The translations under genes and the position numbers were made by a program. A DNA stretch of 64,000 nt from contig OZ025758.1 of the NCBI GenBank assembly GCA_964019335.1, positions 62,001 to 126,000 on the forward strand, written 5' to 3'. This document shows positions 9,605 to 23,000 of the stretch, in pieces. The notes under the pieces were generated by a model. It saw nothing but the letters and a program-made list of their open reading frames with translations. It made no database searches and was not told the origin of the DNA. The DNA comes from Diplonema japonicum (taxonomy: Eukaryota > Protista > Euglenozoa: Diplonemea). Each line of letters starts with the position of its first letter. The first letter of the stretch is position 1.

Positions 9605-12600
9605 TCAATTGACATTGGCAGCATTGCCATCAGCATCCCTAAGCATGGTGCGGTTGCCGTCGTCCATCTCGAAGTCGTCGAACTGCTTGTTCTTGGAATC
9701 CAGCTCCTCGAGGTCCTTCTTCTCCTTCTGGCTCTTTATGAGGGCGAAGATGAGGAAGGCGATGAGCGCCACCACCACGATCCAGAGAACCAACACAAGG
9801 GCAGCAGGGAGGCAGGCCTCCCCGAGCTTCAATCCCTCGCAGCACTCCTCCCCGTTGCCGGAGGAGGCGCGCTCCGTGATGATCCCAGTGTCCTCGTCAG
9901 CCTCTGCTGTGACCTTGATGGTGTTCTTCCTGTTCCCGTCCCTGTCGTGCGTCTCGAGGGGTTTGAACTCTGCGCCGTCGAACCAGCAAACGGTGTACTC
10001 CTGCTGCGAGAGGGAAGCCTCGAAGTTGGCGGTGACGTCGACAAGCAGCTCCATCTGCGCAACGGGCTCCACAAGGGAGATGTTGTGCTGCACCGCCACA
10101 GCGCACGGTGTCTTGGCCTCCCCGATCGTCGAGAGCTTCCCGCTGTCAGTCCTCGTGCACTGCGGGGCGGCCGTCTGCTTGCAGTCCTCCGCGGGGTCGC
10201 CGGTGGTCGCGTTCACCACACGAACCGTGCGGTCCGTCTCGCTGCTCGCGTTGAAGCACCCGTGGATGATCAGGGAGAAGGTCTGCCCCTTCATCGGCTG
10301 GTTCGGGTACGCCGTGTACCAGTACGGGGCACCGCCGCTGCAGGCCCTCAGGCTGCAGTCCGCGCCCGTCCACCCGCCGTCGCAGACGCACTGGTTCTCC
10401 TCCCCGCAGCTCCCGTGGCCGGAGCAGGTTCCCTCCCTGCTGCAGAGCGTGCAGGTCTCCCTGTCGGACGACTCGTCGAACCCGCACTCGTTGCACTCCT
10501 GTCCGCTCCACCCTGGTATGCACTTGCAGCAGTCCGTGTTGCTCTCCCCGCACTTCCCGTGGTTCGGGTTCACGATGCACGCCCCGTTCTCCTGGCCCGG
10601 TGCCGCCTCCTTTTCGTTCGGCTCGACCCACTTGCACTTGTTCAGGTTGGACCCCGTCCTTGTTGCTTCTCCCGTGCACGCCTCCTTGTCCGTGCGCACG
10701 ATGCAGGCCTCGGGGTTCTTCGACACGCACACCATCTTGTCCTTGTCCTTGTCCCCCTCCGCCGCTGCCACCCACTCGCACCCACCGATCCGCTTGTCCG
10801 CGTCGCAGCTGGTCCCCTCCTTGTGCACGGCGCACCCGAGCTTCACGCACTTGTTCTTCTTCCTGTCCTCCTCCCAACCGCATCCCTCCTGCTGCAAGCA
10901 GTCTCCCTCGGTGGTCTTCGCAGGGCACTCCTCCGCGCACACGGGTTCTCCGCCGGTCCCCATGTCGTCGCCGGTGAACCAGTCGCATCTCTCCGAGGCC
11001 GCCGCGCCGAAGCACGACGCCGAGCTTCCGCTGTAGCGGGCGCACCCGGTCGCGGGCACGCACTCCAGCGTCGCCTTCTTCCACATGCACGGAACCCCGG
11101 CTTGGTTGGCGCCGCGCTCGCAGCTCACCTCTCCCTGGAAGCGAGGGCAGCCCGTCTTCTCCGTGCAGGTCTGCTCCTTCCACTGGCACAGGGCGTCGTT
11201 CTTGCAGTTCGCCTCCGCCGTCCCCGCCTCCGCGTTGTACGAGGCGCACCCTTCCACGTCCACGCACTTCCCGTCCGTGACGTTCCACATGCAGGCCCCG
11301 GCCTCGGGGGCCTCGCACCCCTCCTTCTGCGTGTAGTACGCGCAGTTCTTCTCCACGCACACCGCGTTCGACTTGTCCCACACGCACTCCCTGTCCACCG
11401 TGCACGGGGCCTCCGTGCTGTGCACCAGGCACCCGGACCTGTCCTCGCACTGCGAGGTGGCCGTGTTCCACGCGCACTCCTCGTCGGCGTTGCACTCGGG
11501 GAGCGACGTGTGCACCACGCACCCGTGCCTCTCCTGGCACTGCTCGTCGTTCGCGTCCCACTTGCAGTTCCCGTCCAGGGCGCAGGTCTCCTTCGTCTCC
11601 TTCGCGGGGCACCCCACCTGGGGCTTGCACTCCTCCACCCCGGTCACCCCGGTCACCCAACGGCACCCCTCCGCCGTGTTGCACACCGTCTTCGCCGGGT
11701 ACGCGCACACCTTCCTCGCGCACGACGCCCCGTCCCAGCCGCACATGTTCCCGGTGTCCGCCTCGCACGCCGCCTCGCTGCAGTGCCGCAGGCACGGCGT
11801 CGCCTCGCACGCCGACGCCACCCGGCTCCAGGCACACGCGCTGTCCGCCTCGCACCCGCTCGCCGCCATCCACTCCCCGCAGCTGCTCTTGTGCACGGGC
11901 TCCCCGTGCTTCGACAGGAAGTAGCCGAAGGTGCTGTTCTCGTTGCACAGGTTCTCAAACACCTCCTCCAGCTCCGCCATCGTCGTGTCCAGGGTGTGCC
12001 CCGCAGACGGGTTCGTCGCGAACGCCTCCATCTTCCCCCGCTGCGCCTCGTCCTCCGCGCTCGACACGCTGTACTGCCTCACGTGCACCGAGAACACCTG
12101 CACGCGCTGCTGCTCCAGGTGCCCCGACACCGTCACCATGGACGGCGCCTCCGCGTCGGGGATTTCCCCGTCCGCCACCACCACCAGCACGCGCTTCCTG
12201 TCCGTCGGCGAGCTCTCGAACATCTTCGACGCCATCTCCATCGCCTGCGTCAGGAACGAAGCGTCCGTCGCGTGCGAGGTGAACTGCCCCTCGTGCCAGT
12301 GCACGTCGGCGTCCACCTCGGAGAGCACCCCCGACAGCCTCCCCCCTGTCCCGGTCCCCTTCGGGGCCTTCATCGCCTCCCCTTGCGCCGAGAACTGCAC
12401 CACTCCCACCCGGAAGCCCGCCGCCAAAACCGGGTCGCTCGCAACCCCCGCAGCCTCCCCGGTCAGCGGCAGCCTCTTCGACATGTCCAGCAGCATCTCC
12501 GTCACCGCGAAGAACCCGTGCGGGTGCCTCCCGAACCGCTCCCCCATGCTCAAAGACCCGTCCACCGCCACCACCAGGTCCACAGCGGGGCAGTTCGCGT

Positions 12601-13974
12601 ACAGCGACGCGGCGCACCTCCCCGTCTTCCCGTTCCACAGGCACCCCTGCATCTGCCCGCACGCGCAGGCCTCCGTCTCCTTCCCGCAGAGGGTCACCCC
12701 TTCGTCGCACTTCGAGGTCTTCTTGTCCCACGCGCAACCGTCCGTGTTCTTCTTCGCCTCGCACTCCGCCTCCGCCTTCGGGACCCTGCACTCCTTCACA
12801 CCGCAGTGCGCGGGAGAGTGCGCCGTCTTCCACTGGCAGTCTCCACTCTCGTCCGTGTTGCAGTCCTTCTCGTTCGTGTGCGCCACGCACTCGTTCACCA
12901 CCTTGCACGCCCCTCCCTCCCACATGCAGTCGAACGAGTGCTTCTCGCAGTCCGCCTGCGCCTTGTACGGCACGCACGGCTTCTCCACGCACTGCTCGAT
13001 CGCCGCGTCCCACTTGCAGTCCGGCTTCATCCCGCACGGGGTCTCCGTCTTGTCGTTGCACACCTTCACCTTGCACACGGCTGTCACGTCGTCCCACTCG
13101 CAGCCGTGCGGGTCCGCCACGCACCCATCCTCGGAGGTCGCGGTGACGCAGGGGTAGACGATGCACGACGGTGTTGCTGTTCCTGTCGCCTCCCAGTAAC
13201 ACTCCGCAGCCTTGCACTCGTTCTCGGTCGTGTGAGCACACTCCACGGTCCTCCCGCAGCTCCCGTCCTTCCACGCGCAGGCCTTCCCTTGCTCGTCCTC
13301 GCTCGACACGCAGATGTCCATGTTGCAGTGCTTGTGGCACGTGCTCCACTCGCACGACACCTGCTCGTCGTTCCACCTGCACAGCCCGTCCTTCCAGCAG
13401 ACTGCAGCCTCCCGGAACGACCCGCACGGCACGTGTCCGGCACCGGTGTTCAGGGAGTCCCCTTGGTAGGCCAGGATGATCTTCCCGAACTTGCTGTTCG
13501 GGTTGCAGAAGTCCTTCAGCACAGACCCCGAGAAGTCGTCCAGCGGGATGTTCATGTAGTGGTCCTCCCTCGGCTCCGACACGATGGTCGACAGCACCTG
13601 CTCCGCGTCGATGTCCGTCTGCGTGTGCGTCGAGAACCTCCTCAGCACCACCCCGAAGGTCTGCACCCCCTGCCCGTCCAACACCGCGCGCGCGCTCCCC
13701 AGCTGCGACGCGTCGTGGATCTTCCCGTCCGTCAGGATCAGCAGGATCTTGGCGCGCCCCGGCGCCGCGGCCGACTGGAACATCAGCCCGACGTACTGCA
13801 GGGCCTCCGAGATGTAGGTCTGTTCCATCGCGTAGTTGTCCTCGTGCCAGTCCAGATCCGTTCCGAGCTCAGTGAGGGAGCCCGAGAAACGGCCCCCGGT
13901 CCCTGTCCCGGGAGGGGTCTTCAGGGCGCTGTTCGGGGCGGAGAACTGCACCAGCCCGATCCTCACCCCGGTCG

Positions 13975-14010
<36 letters not shown>

Positions 14011-17000
14011 TCCCCGCCTCTTCCTTCGTCAAAGGAAGGGTCTTGAACCAGTCCCGGAGAGACTCCACCATCGCGTAGAACCCGTGCGGGTGACGCCCGA
14101 AGGACTGGCTCATCGAGCCGCTCCCGTCGAACACGACCGCCACGTCCATCGAGGGGCAGCCCCCGAAGTCCTCCGACTTGCACACGGCGTTCTTCGAGTC
14201 CCACGAGCACACGTCCCTCGCGTTGCAAGCGCACTGGTCCGCCAGGTCCGAGCACACCACCTCCTTGCACACGGCCTCGTCCCCCTTCCACGCGCACTTC
14301 TTGTTGTTCTCGCAGAGAGCCTCCGTCTTCAGCTTCCGGCAGTACTTCTCGCTGCAGATCGTCGGCGACTCCTTCACGTCCCAGTGGCACGCCTCGTCGT
14401 GGTCGCACGTCTTCTCGTCCAGGTGGTGCACGCAAGGCTTCACCTTGCAGCTGTTCGACTCCCACGTGCAGCGCCTGCTGTCCTCCAAGCACTCGCTCGG
14501 GCTCGTCGTGGTGCACGGCTGCTCCACGCACTGCGCCCACGGCTGCGTCCCCGAGATCGCCTCGTCCCACGTGCACGCCCCGTCCAACGTGCACGCCTCC
14601 TTGCTCTCGTAGGTGCACGGGCGCTTGTAGCAGTGGTCCGACTTGCTGCTCCACACGCACCCCGTGGGGTCGCTCAGGCACCCGGACTCCGCCTCGTGCT
14701 GGCACTCCTTCTCCGCGCAGGTCGACTCCGCCGCCTTCCACTCGCACCCGGGGTCCGTCGGGCAGACCGCCATCTCGTGGTCGCAGATGCGCTGCTTGTA
14801 GCAGATCCCCTGCGCCTCGTCCCACTCGCACAGGTTCGACGCGTCCGCGGCGCACACCTCCTTCTCGCAGTGTCGCACGCACGCCGAGTCGGAGCACACC
14901 AAAAGGCTCGCGCTCCACCTGCACGCAGCGTCCTTGTTGCAGCCGTTCCTCTCGAAGTACATCGGACACGGCTGCTTCGGCTTCAACGCCCCCGCCCCGC
15001 CTCCCTCCGCCGAGGAGATGAGCTTCCCGAACTGCTGCGACGGGTCGCACAGGGTCGCCAGGATCGTCTTCAGGTCCTCCATCTGCGCGTCCAGGAAGTG
15101 CTCGGCGCGGACGTCGCTCAGCACGTCCAGCATCGCGGAACGTCCCTGCCCCGCCGTCGCCGGGAACGCCGCCGCCGGGCGCAGGAGCACCCCGAACACC
15201 TTCACCCCGGCCCCGAACAGCGCGCTCACCGCCGTGTTCACCTCCGCCCGCCCCGCGTCCATTAGCACGCTGTCCGACACCACAAGCAGCACCTTCTTCC
15301 GGTCGGGCCTCGTGAACATGTCCTGCGCCAGCTCCAGGGCGTCCGCCACGTACGCGTCCTTCGTGTCGATCATCTTCGCCTCCTGGTAGTCCAGATCCGC
15401 CCCCAGCTCAGACAGCACCCCGGTCAGGTGCCCGCCGCTCCCCACCGCGGGGCCCGTCTTCGTTGCCCGCCCCTTCGCCGCGAACTGCACCACCCCGACC
15501 CGCACCCCGTTCTCGATCCTCTTCGTCGGCGACACCTTCCCGGAGTCCCCGCTCAGCGGCAGCGTCTTCGCCCAGTCCCTCAAGAACTCCAGCACCGCCT
15601 GGTAGCCGCTGGCGTGCCTCCCGAACGCCTGCTTCATCGAGCTCGTCCCGTCCACCAGCACCACCACGTCCATCAGGGGGCACCCCCCGAAGGACCCGGA
15701 CACGCACGCCCCGCTCGAACCGAACCCGGTGTCCCAGAAGCATCCCGCGTCCTTGTTGCACGGGCACGGCGTCTGGATCTTCGAGCAGTCCTTGTCCGCG
15801 CACTTCTGCGCTGCCTCGTCCCAGCTGCACCTCAGCTGCGGGTCCGTCTCGCACGTCCCCTCCGACTCGTACCTCAGGCACACCTTCACGTCGCACTTTG
15901 CGGGCGCGGTGCTCACGTCCCAGTGGCACTCGTAGTCGTGGTCGCAGGTCTGCTCGTCGTCGTGCTCCCTGCACTTCTTGAACACGCACTCCTGCGCCTT
16001 CCACTCGCACGCGTCGTCCGACGTGCACGACGCAGGGTCCGTCGAGCTCGTGCACCTCTGCTTCTTGCAGTGGTCCTTGGACCACACGCAGGAGGAAGCG
16101 GCCGCCGCGGCGTTGCAGGTCTGCTCCGTTGTGTGCGTGCACTCCTTCTTCGTGCACACCTTCGTCTTCGAGCTCCACTCGCAAACGTTCGCATCCGTGA
16201 TGCAGCTGTCCTCCGTGTGGTGGTTCACACACGGCTTCTCCGTGCAGCGGTAGAAACCGATGTCCACCATCGTCCACGCGCAGCCTCCGTTCTCCGTCAC
16301 CGCCTCGCACGCCGCCTCCGTCTTCTGCGACGGGCACGTCGTCGTCGGCTTCTTGAAGCACGACGACGTCGCCCACTCGCACGCCACGTCCGCCGCACAC
16401 GCCGTTTCGTCGCACCCGTACGTCCTGCAAGGGTGCACCGTGCACCGCAGCAGAGCCTCCGACCACACGCACCCCGCGTCGGCCCGGCAGTCTCCCGCTC
16501 CGGCGTAGCTCAGGCAAGGCATCATCTTTTCCGCCGCCGCTTGCTGTTGCTCGAGGGTCATCGCGTTCTTCTTCAGCATCGCAGCCCCGAACACCTTCGT
16601 TTGGTCACACATCGCGTTCAACACCCTCCCCACGAGGTCGTCGATCTCCAAATCCAAGAAGTGCTCGGCGTGCGTCACCGACACGAGCGTCTTCATCTGG
16701 TCGGCCGCCGCGTTGTCCTGCGGCGTCCGCGTGCTCAAGCGGCGGAGGCTCACCCCGAACACCTGCACCGTCGGGTCCAGCTTCTCCATCGCCACCTTCA
16801 GCTTGTCCTCGTCCGAGACCTTTCCGCTCGTCACCAGCAGCACCGCCTGCGCCCTCGTCGTCGGGCTCTGGCTGGAGAAGATCGTGTGGATGTGCTCCAT
16901 CGTCCTCTCCGTGAAGCGGCCTCCGTTTCCTCCTCCGATCATGTTGACAGAGTGGAAGGCGAGGTCCCCGAGGAGCTGGTTCACGTCGCCGGACAGCAAC

Positions 17001-20000
17001 CCGGCCGCCGACGGGGTCGACGGCGTCGTCGGGCTCGTCACCAGCATCGGCTGCACGTCGGTCCCCATCTGCACGAAGGCCACCCTCGTCCCCTCCGCCT
17101 TCGCCGCCGCCTTCGGCACGATGTACGAGTCCCCGTTCAACGGGAGGTCCCGCACCCAGTCCTTCAGCATCTCCATCAGCGCCTCGAACCCGTTCGGGTG
17201 TCTCCCGAACCCCCACCCCATCGGCATCGTCCCGTCGAACGCCACCACCATGTCCACCGGAGGGCAGGCTCCGAAGGCCGCCTCCACGCACGCCGACCTC
17301 GTCTCCACCCAGAAGCACGACGGCTCCGCCGCGCACTCGCAAGGCTTCCCGTCGTGTCGCATGCACGTCGACGGCACGCAGATGTTGCTCCCCTGCTCGT
17401 CGAAGGCGCACGCCGCGTCCGAAACACAGTCTCCCTTCGTCGTCCACCTCGAGCAGTAGGTCTCCTTGCAGAAGGCGGGCGACGCCGTCACGTCCCACTC
17501 GCACCCCGCCTCCGCGATGCACGACCCTTCCTCCAGGTGCCCCACGCACCTCTTCTTCTCACACTTCGCGTTGGTGTTCCACACGCACTTCGCGTCCTCC
17601 TCGCACGGCTTCGCCGAGGCGTGCGTGCACGCCTTCACCCCGCACACCGACGCCGTCTGGTCCCACTCGCACCGGTCCCCATCCGCCGTGCAGTCCACCG
17701 CCTCCGCGTGCACGCACTCCTTCTTCTCGCACTTCACCCCGTTCACCCACTCGCACCCCGCGAGGTCCGACACGCACGCGGGCTCCGTGTGGTGCTGGCA
17801 CGGCGACGGCTCGCACCTGTCGTTCATCCAGTCGCACTCGTAGTCTTGCAGGCACTTTTGCTGGTCCGCGTGCGCGCACACCTTCTCCTTCGAGCACGTC
17901 GCGTCCCCGCTCACGTTGAAGCGGCACCTGTACGCCGGGTCCGACAGGTCCTCGCACAGCTCCTTCGAGCAGTACTGCAGGCACGGTGACACGGTGCACG
18001 CCACCAGCCCCTCGTCCCACGCGCAGCCCGAGTCGCGGTTGCACTCCGCCGACCCCTTGTGGAAGGAGCACGGGAGGTGCGAGTCCGTCGTCTTCAGCTC
18101 CACCAGCCAGCTTCCCCAGGCGGTGCTCGGGTTGCACCACTTGTCGAACACCTTCTCCTTCAGGTCGTCGATCGCGATGTTTGCGAAGTGTGCCGCCGTC
18201 GGCTCCGTCACGATCGGCTTCAGCGACGCCTCCGCCTCGTTGTCCACCACCGCGTGCGAGTCGCTGCGTCGCACGACGATCCCGACCAGGTGCGCCCCCG
18301 CCGACTGGATCTTCGCCAGCGGGTCCGCGAGCCTGTTCTCGTCCATCACCGGGCTCCCCGACAGCACGAGCACGATCTTCTTCCTCCCGTCCGCGGGGTA
18401 CAGGGGCCCCGACAACAGACCAGCCGCCATGTCGAGGGCGCTCGCCAGGAAGGTGTCCTTCGCCATGTGGAAGTGCTCCTGGAACGACAGGTCCTGCCTC
18501 AGCTCGGGGACGTAGCCGGAGAGCCTCCCCTTCGCCCCGTCGGGGGACACCAGCGCCGACCCCGGGACCTTCCCGCTCGCGTCCACGAGCCTCTCGTCCC
18601 CGCCAAACTGCACCACCGCGACACGCGCCGACCCGCGCGCGTACTGCGTCGGGTCCTTCCCGGCCGCCCCGACGTCGCCGGGGAGCGGCAGCAGGTACAC
18701 CCAGTCCTTCAGCATCTCGATCAGGGCGAAGTAGCCGTTCGGGTGCCTCCCGAAGGGCTGCGTCATCACGCCGCTCCCGTCCAGCAAGACCACGATGTCC
18801 ATCGTCGGGCACGCCCCGTAGTGCACGTCCACGCACGTCCCGTCGTGCCAGAAGCAACCGGGGTCCGTCGTGCACGCGCAGTGCTCGTGCACGTCCTCGC
18901 ACCGCTTCGTCCCGCAGGTCCCGAAGTCCCAGGTGCACGCCGGCTCCAAGTCGCACGTCGTCTCGTTGTACTTCGCGCAGTACTTCTCCTTGCACATTCC
19001 GGGCGAGGTCGTCGGGTCCCACTCGCACTGGCTCTCCGTCGCCGACGAGCAAGACAGCTCGTCCACGTAGCCCACGCACGGCTTCTCCACGCACGCCCCC
19101 GTGTCCTTCTCGAAGTCGCACCACACCTTGTTCTCCGCCGCCTCGCAACAGGTCTGGTTTCCGGCCGGGCACGACACGCACCTCCTCGGCTTGCACACCG
19201 CGCCGATCCGGTTCGCGTCCGACGTGTCCCAGGTGCAGGTCTCCGCGAGGTCCTTGCACCCCACCTCCGTCCTCTGCGTCTTGCACGGCTCGAGGGTGCA
19301 CACCCCGACCACCGAGTCCCACACGCAGCTCGTGGGGTCCAACAGGCACGGCTCCTCGTCGCCGTGCTTGCACGGCTTCTCCACACACGTGTTGTTCCCG
19401 TTGTCCCACATGCACTCCGCGTCCCTCGCGCACGCGGGCGCCGTGTCGTGGCTGCACGGCGTCTCCTTCTCGCACCCCTGCGTCCCCGCGTTGTAGACGC
19501 AGTGGTTGTCCACGTCCGCCGTGCACTCCGCCTCCTCGCAGTGGTCGTAGCAAGGGGTCGCCCCGCAGCTCAGCGTCGTGTCCGACCACACGCAGCCCCC
19601 GTTTCGGTTGCAAACGAGCTTCTCGTCCAGCTGCACGCACGGCACGGGTCCGTCCCCGGTCCCCGCGGACCCGCCGTTCGTCGCCGACACGAACCTGCCC
19701 CACCTGCTGCTCGGGTCGCAGAGCCCCGTCAACACCTCCGTCGGGATCTCGTCCATCGTGAGGCTCATGAAGTGATCGTCCGCCAGCTCCGAGACCACGG
19801 GCTTCAAGGCCGCCTCCGCCGCGTCGTCCTCGGCGCTGTGGGCCTTGAACCTCCTCACAGCGATACCGAAGGTGAGGACCTGCAGCTGCTGCAGCTTCGC
19901 CCTCACCGTGGTGAGGCGGTCCCCGTCCATCAGCACCCCGTCCGTGATGATGATCACGATCCTGCGGCGCCCGTCCAAAGGCGAGTCGTTCGTCAGCATG

Positions 20001-23000
20001 TCCGCCGCCATGTTCAGCCCCTCCTCGATGAAGGTCAGCTGCGCCATGTAGTTCCCCTCGTGCCAGCTGATGTCTCCCTCCAGCTGCTTCAGGTCTCCGC
20101 TGAGGCGGCCCTCCGTCCCGACCCCGAGCGGCGTCCTCTGCGCCGAGTTCACCACCCCGCCCGTCGCGGGGTTCACCGAGTTCGGCTCCCCGCTGAACTG
20201 CACCAGCCCGAGCCTCACCCCGCCGGTCGACGCCGCCGACCCGGCCCCAACCGAGGACAGCTCTCCGCTCAGAGGCAGAGTCCTCACCCAGTCCCGCACC
20301 ATCTCCATCATCGCGTAGAACCCGTGAGGATGCCTCCCGAAGGCCTGGCTCATCGACCCGGATCCGTCCAGCACGAGCACCGCGTCCAGGGTCGGGCACT
20401 TCCCGAACACCTGCTCCTCGCAGCGGGCCTTCCCTCCCTGCGTCGACCAGAAGCAACTGGTGTCCTTCTGGCACTCGCACCGGGTCGGGATCGTGTGGCA
20501 CGTCTTCTTCACGCACGCGCTCTCCTTTCCGACCCACTTGCACGTCGTGTCCAGGTCGCAAGTCGTCTCGTTCTCGTACCTCGCGCACGGCTCCAGTTGA
20601 CAGCTCCCCGGTGCCGCCGTTGTGTCCCAGTGGCACTTCTTGTCCGCGTCGCAAGTCATGTCGTTCTCGTACAGCACGCACGGCCTCACCACGCAGTTCT
20701 GCGCCACCTCCTCCCACTGGCACAGCACGTCCTTCTTACAGGTGTCCTTGTCCTTGTGCGGCACGCACTTCAAGGGGGTGCACTGCTCCTTGTTGTTGTT
20801 GTTGTTGGCCGCCGCTGCTGCGTCCCACTCGCACACCCGCGGCTCCGCCTCGCACTCCTGCTGGGTGCTCTTCCCCACACACGGTCGCACGATGCAGTCC
20901 GAGCGGTCCGCTTTCCACTCGCACGCGAACTCCTTCTCCGACAGACACCCGTCCTCCGTCGTGTGGTAGCACGGCCTCTCCCCGCAGGCCGCCGACGTCG
21001 CGTTCCACCCGCACCCGGCCTCCGCCTCGCACGCCTGCGAGTCCCCGCCGGCGCACTCCTCCTTCCTGTAGCAGGTCTCGTCCGTCGAGTCCCAGCCGTT
21101 CAAGCAATCGTTCGCGACGTCCTTGTGGCAGGTGTTCTCGTCGCAGTGCATCACGCACGGCGAGGTCGTGCACGTCAGCTGGCTCCACACGCACCCTGCG
21201 TCCCGCATGCAGTCCCGCTTCGCCGTGTAGGTTCCGCAAGGCTGGTGCTTCCCGCCCGCCCGCACCCCCATCGCGATCGAGGATCCGAAGGCGGTCGCGG
21301 GGTCGCACAGCTGCGTCAGCGGGCCCTTCTCGGACGCCAGCTCGTCCATGTCGACGTTCACGAAGTGCGCGCTGTGCGGCGCCGAGGTCACCGGCTTCAG
21401 CGCCTCCTCCGCGTCGGTGTCCACCTTCGTGTGCGAGGTGAACCTCCTCACCACGATCCCGAACACCTCCGCGCCCACCGTGTCGAGCTTCGCCTTCGCA
21501 TCCTCTAAATAGGACTGGTCCTGCAGCTGCCCGTCCGTGATGATGTACACCGCCCTCCTCCTCCCGTCCGTGGGGGAGCTCTGCAGGATGCTCGCCGCCA
21601 TCTGCAACCCGAGGTTCACGTAGGTCCCCTTCTCCATGAAGTTCGCCTCGTGCCAGTCCAGGTCCGCGGAGAGCTCCCCGAAGTCTCCGGAGAGCCTCCC
21701 GGCCGTTCCGACCCCCGCGGGGGTCTTCACCGCCGACCCCGCGATCGGCGTCTTCGTCAGCGGCGCCGTCGCCACCCCGCTGAACTGAACGAAGGCGACG
21801 CGCACCTTTCTCGAGGCCGACGTCGTCGTGCTCGCCGCCCCGGCCTTCTCCCCGCTCAGCGGCAACCCCTTCGCCCACGCCCTCAGCATCTCCACCATCC
21901 CGTAGAACCCGTGCGGGTGGCGCCCGAACACCTGGCTCATCGACGCAGACCCGTCGAACACCACCACCACGTCGAGCGTCGGGCAGGTCCCGTACCTCTG
22001 GTCCACGCAGCTCTTCTCCCCGGCGAGCCAGAAGCACTCGGGTTCCTTGTGGCACGCGCACTGGTCCTGCAGCAGCCCGCACTCCTTCTTCCTGCAGATG
22101 CTGGAAGAGGGGTCCGTCAAACACGCGGGGTCCTGGTTGCACTCGTCCTCGTCGCAGATGCTCGTCTTGACGTCGCAGTACTTCCTGCAGTACTTCACAT
22201 CGCAGGTCCCGGGCGCCACCGCGGTGCTCCACTCGCAGCTGTCGTCCGACACGCAGAGCTTCTCGCTCGTGTACTGCTTGCACAGGGCGGGCGTGCACTT
22301 CTCCCCCACGCTCTTCTGGTCGTCCCACTCGCACATCCCGGGCTCCCTGGTTTCGCACTCCTCCTCCGTCGTGTACGGGGTACACTTCTTCACCTCGCAC
22401 TGCACCGCCTCCACGTTCCACACGCACTCCTTCTTCGCGTCCAGGTTGCAGCTGTCCGCGTTGTCGTACACGCAACGCTTCTTCTCGCACTCCTGCTTCA
22501 GGTTGTCCCACGCGCACACCACGGGGTCCGCGAGGCACCCTTGCTCGTTGTCGTGCTTGCACTCCTTCCCGATGCAGGTGTTCCCGCCGGACAACCACTC
22601 GCACCCCGCGGTGTCCGCCTCGCACGCCGCCTGCTGCCCGTGGTTGCACACCTCCTCCTTCCCGCAGGCCCCCGACTTCCACTCGCACAGGTTCAGGGCG
22701 TGGTCCGCCCTGCACTCCGCCTCCGAGCAGTGCTTCAAACACGGGGAGTCCGCGCAAGACAGGGTGCTGTCGAACCACACGCACCCCGCGTCCTTGTTGC
22801 ACGAGTCCTTCATTCCGTGAAGCTGGCACGGCTGCCTCCCCCCGGTCGGGTAGCCGACGAACCTCCCCCACTCGGCGTTCGGGTCGCACAGCCCGCTCAG
22901 GGACCCCGCGAGCTCGTCCACCTGCAGGTTCACGATGTGGCCCTTCTTCGGGGACGCCACGAGGGGCTCCAAGGTCTGCTGCGCCTTCTCGTCCAAGGCC

